From the IMG/VR virus record IMGVR_UViG_3300037484_000435, positions 288,001 through 352,000 of that record: a stretch of DNA of 64,000 bases. One strand, 5' to 3'. Below are positions 39,301 through 42,300 of the stretch, in pieces; the first letter of the stretch is position 1; each line of letters begins with the position of its first letter. This DNA comes from a virus (Duplodnaviria; Caudoviricetes). The notes under the pieces were generated by a model. That model was not told where the DNA came from, made no database searches, and saw only the letters and a list, made by a program, of their open reading frames with translations. A program made the position numbers and the translations under genes.

Positions 39301-42300
39301 CCCTAGCATCAAGTTTTGGTTCATATAATCTGAAATCCTTCACAATCTTACTCAATAACTCTGGGCTAACCAATTCCTTTACAGCATAATTTGGATTACG
39401 CCCCTCAGATATATCTTCGGACACTGTTTTCCCTATCATATTTGTATCTTGGGTATAGATTACTGAACCAGAAAGGAGGTCCCTCAAAAGACGTGCTCTA
39501 AAGTTTAAATTAGACACATTATCTTCGAGCTGGGAGAAGTATTTTGTATAAGCTTCACTTACTGTTATGCCCTTCTTAAAATCTTCTTCCAAGGATTTAG
39601 CGTGCTCTTCTGGCAAGCGAGAATATAAAGTTGGAAACCATGTTTTTTCTGGATTTTGAGGATCAGCGATCAAAGAAGACTTTGCGGAAAATTGTGGCAT
39701 CGGCATGTTCCCAACTAACCCTAGAGCCTGTTCCTCTAATTTTCCTAGAAGTTCTTTTTTAAATGGTATATCACGAACAGGATGAATTCTATTATAGAAA
39801 TCCCCTAACATAGTATCTACAAAAGTTTTTTGTATTTCTTCCACTTGTGGGGTCTTAGCTGGTTTTTGTAAAAGAGAGTGTTTCCTTACAGACTCGATTA
39901 ATTCAGATAGGTAACGGGCATCCGGAGAAGGTAAGATTTCTCCAGTTTCTGAAGTTACATATTGCCTTGCTTTAATTTCTGGAATTTCAATTAATTTTTT
40001 AATTGGCACCACCTGCTTTCCCTCTTTAATTCCAGCCGCTACCTCTTCCTCACGAGCCTTGCTTACTTCTTCGGAAGGTTCTGGCAAACGAAGCACCATA
40101 GATGGCCCATACTTGAAGGCGTCAAAAATGGTTCGAGATAAATCTGCTACTGTAGCTTTTCGTTTTAGTGGCGCTATATACTTGTTGGAGCCTTCATCTA
40201 CCAAGTCTTCTGGAGTAATAACTGTTTTAGACCTATCGCGTTCTAACTCTTGGCTTCGTAATTTAGAGAATGACCTGAAAGCATTTAGGTAAGCCCCAGC
40301 TTCTCTGGCATCAGGAAAGGCCCTCATTGTAAATTCATGCTCTAACGCCCCGCCTTTGGGAAATAATTTTTTGAGACCAAACCAACCATGGGGATCAACA
40401 GTCATTTTAGATTCACCAGACTCTAATTCCTCTTCTCCTTTGGATAACCAAGTTTTTGGCTCTTTCATTATCATGACATGCATAGCCCCAGCTATTGCTT
40501 TCTCTAATTTACCTTCCTTATCCAGAATAAACTCTTCCCCGTATTTTCCTTTAAGCCCTAAAATATCTTTATATAACTCGGCTAACTTACGGGCCTCAAC
40601 CCCAGAAGCTGTATTACCTACTGCCACTTTTGCTAATGGGTCCCTTTTAATTTGGTCAATTAAAGTCTCATCAGGAAGAGCAACAGATCGTAGGTTACCA
40701 ATAATATTATTCGCAATCATTTCTGCTAAATTTCCACCAATCATGCGAGATTTTTTTCCTATTCCAGAAGCAGATACTTGCAAATCTACAGGAACATCTC
40801 TGGTCAAATCTCCACCAACAACTTCCTGATATGCTTTACGTACTTTACCCATATCAGCAGAAATAGTCTTCACCTGATCCGTAGCAGTCTTCGCACCCTT
40901 TAACACACTCGTCGGAGCTAGTCCTAATCCCAGCACTTTCGATACAAATTCACGCCTCTCGTCTACACTCGGGGCATCCTCTCCTGTGAGCTTGCCTGTC
41001 CCGTATTCGATCGGTGTAATCTTCAAATCCTTTAAATGCTCAGAAGACATCATAATAAGATTTCTTGTACCTTTTATCATTTCTAAGGCTTTCTTTGCTT
41101 CAGCGGGATCCACATCCTTCCTAGCCTTAATCATTTCAGATAAAAGTTCTTCAAATGTTTTTGGGACCTCTCTCAGCATACCAATATCAGAAAACTCTAA
41201 TCTTGGGGCCATGCCTTTCTTAGCCTTTTCCACAAGAGAAGATTCAGCTTCAGGACCCATTCTTCTGGCCACTGTTACAGCGACCCCCTTCATAACCTGT
41301 CCCGTTGATATCTTTCGTGTCTCATGGCCAAGGTAAGCATTGAGAAGCTCTACAATGTTTTCTTCCACTGGGCCTTTGGGTGATTGAGACCACCGTTTTA
41401 CTATATCTTTTACGAATGTCTGGTCCGCAAGCTCTTTGGATTGTATGGGTGCTCCAAAAATATCGTGCCCCACTTCCTCTAGATACTTTATTATACTCCC
41501 CTTTAACGCCTCTGGGGTAGATTTAAGTGATGGCACAACCATCTTCTTAAATTTAAAGGTGGCTAATTCCTGTAACCTCTTACCTATTTGGTATAAATCC
41601 TCGTACCCTGCAGAGACATCCTTTAACACAGTTGTTACATTCAAACCTGTTCCATAAGGCCCCCATTCTCCGCCCTTAATAAAGCCATGAGCTTTACGAG
41701 AACGAATAGCATTAAACTCTGGACCAGCTAGAGAATCCCAAGCAGCCCCAGTAGGACGAGCCGGATTAATAGAATAGCCAAAGGCCTCAGTTTCTCTGGG
41801 ATCGTAAGAAGCGAATGGTTGTAAACGTTTACTACGAAACATAGACTCCATGAAATGATCACCAAAATCTCTCTTGCCCGCTGCCGACGCTTCATTAAGA
41901 CCCACAGTTGCTAACTTCTCAATAGTGGGGCCCAACCTCCGTTGAGAAGCTTCGGTTTGCCGTAGAAATTCTTTCTGGACTAACTCTTCCATATCTAGAT
42001 TTCGTGTAACAATAAAACGTCGTAATGCTTGCAAATCAACAGGTACTCCGTAAGAACTTGGTCCCGCGTCTATACCAGGAATTTTTGGTTGAATAGTAGT
42101 AACTTTGGCCCTACCATACACTTCATGTTTTTGCATCGCCTCATGCTCTTCCGGAACCTTCTCTTTAATTGGGTCAAACACTTTCTTAAACCTTTGTGGC
42201 AGTAGCTCTTGAAAATATGATTCATTTCCTAGACGGCCAGCAGACGAAAGACTATTCCTAAGTTTCTGCAGTTCATTACTGTCAGTCTTAGAGTAAGTTG

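Noticed and set aside
38000-41660. Intein or intron within the RNAP region
   Set aside because: I saw no Cys/Ser-start ... His-Asn splice motifs or LAGLIDADG motifs inside the giant ORF. Insertions between RNAP motifs look like ordinary lineage-specific domains.
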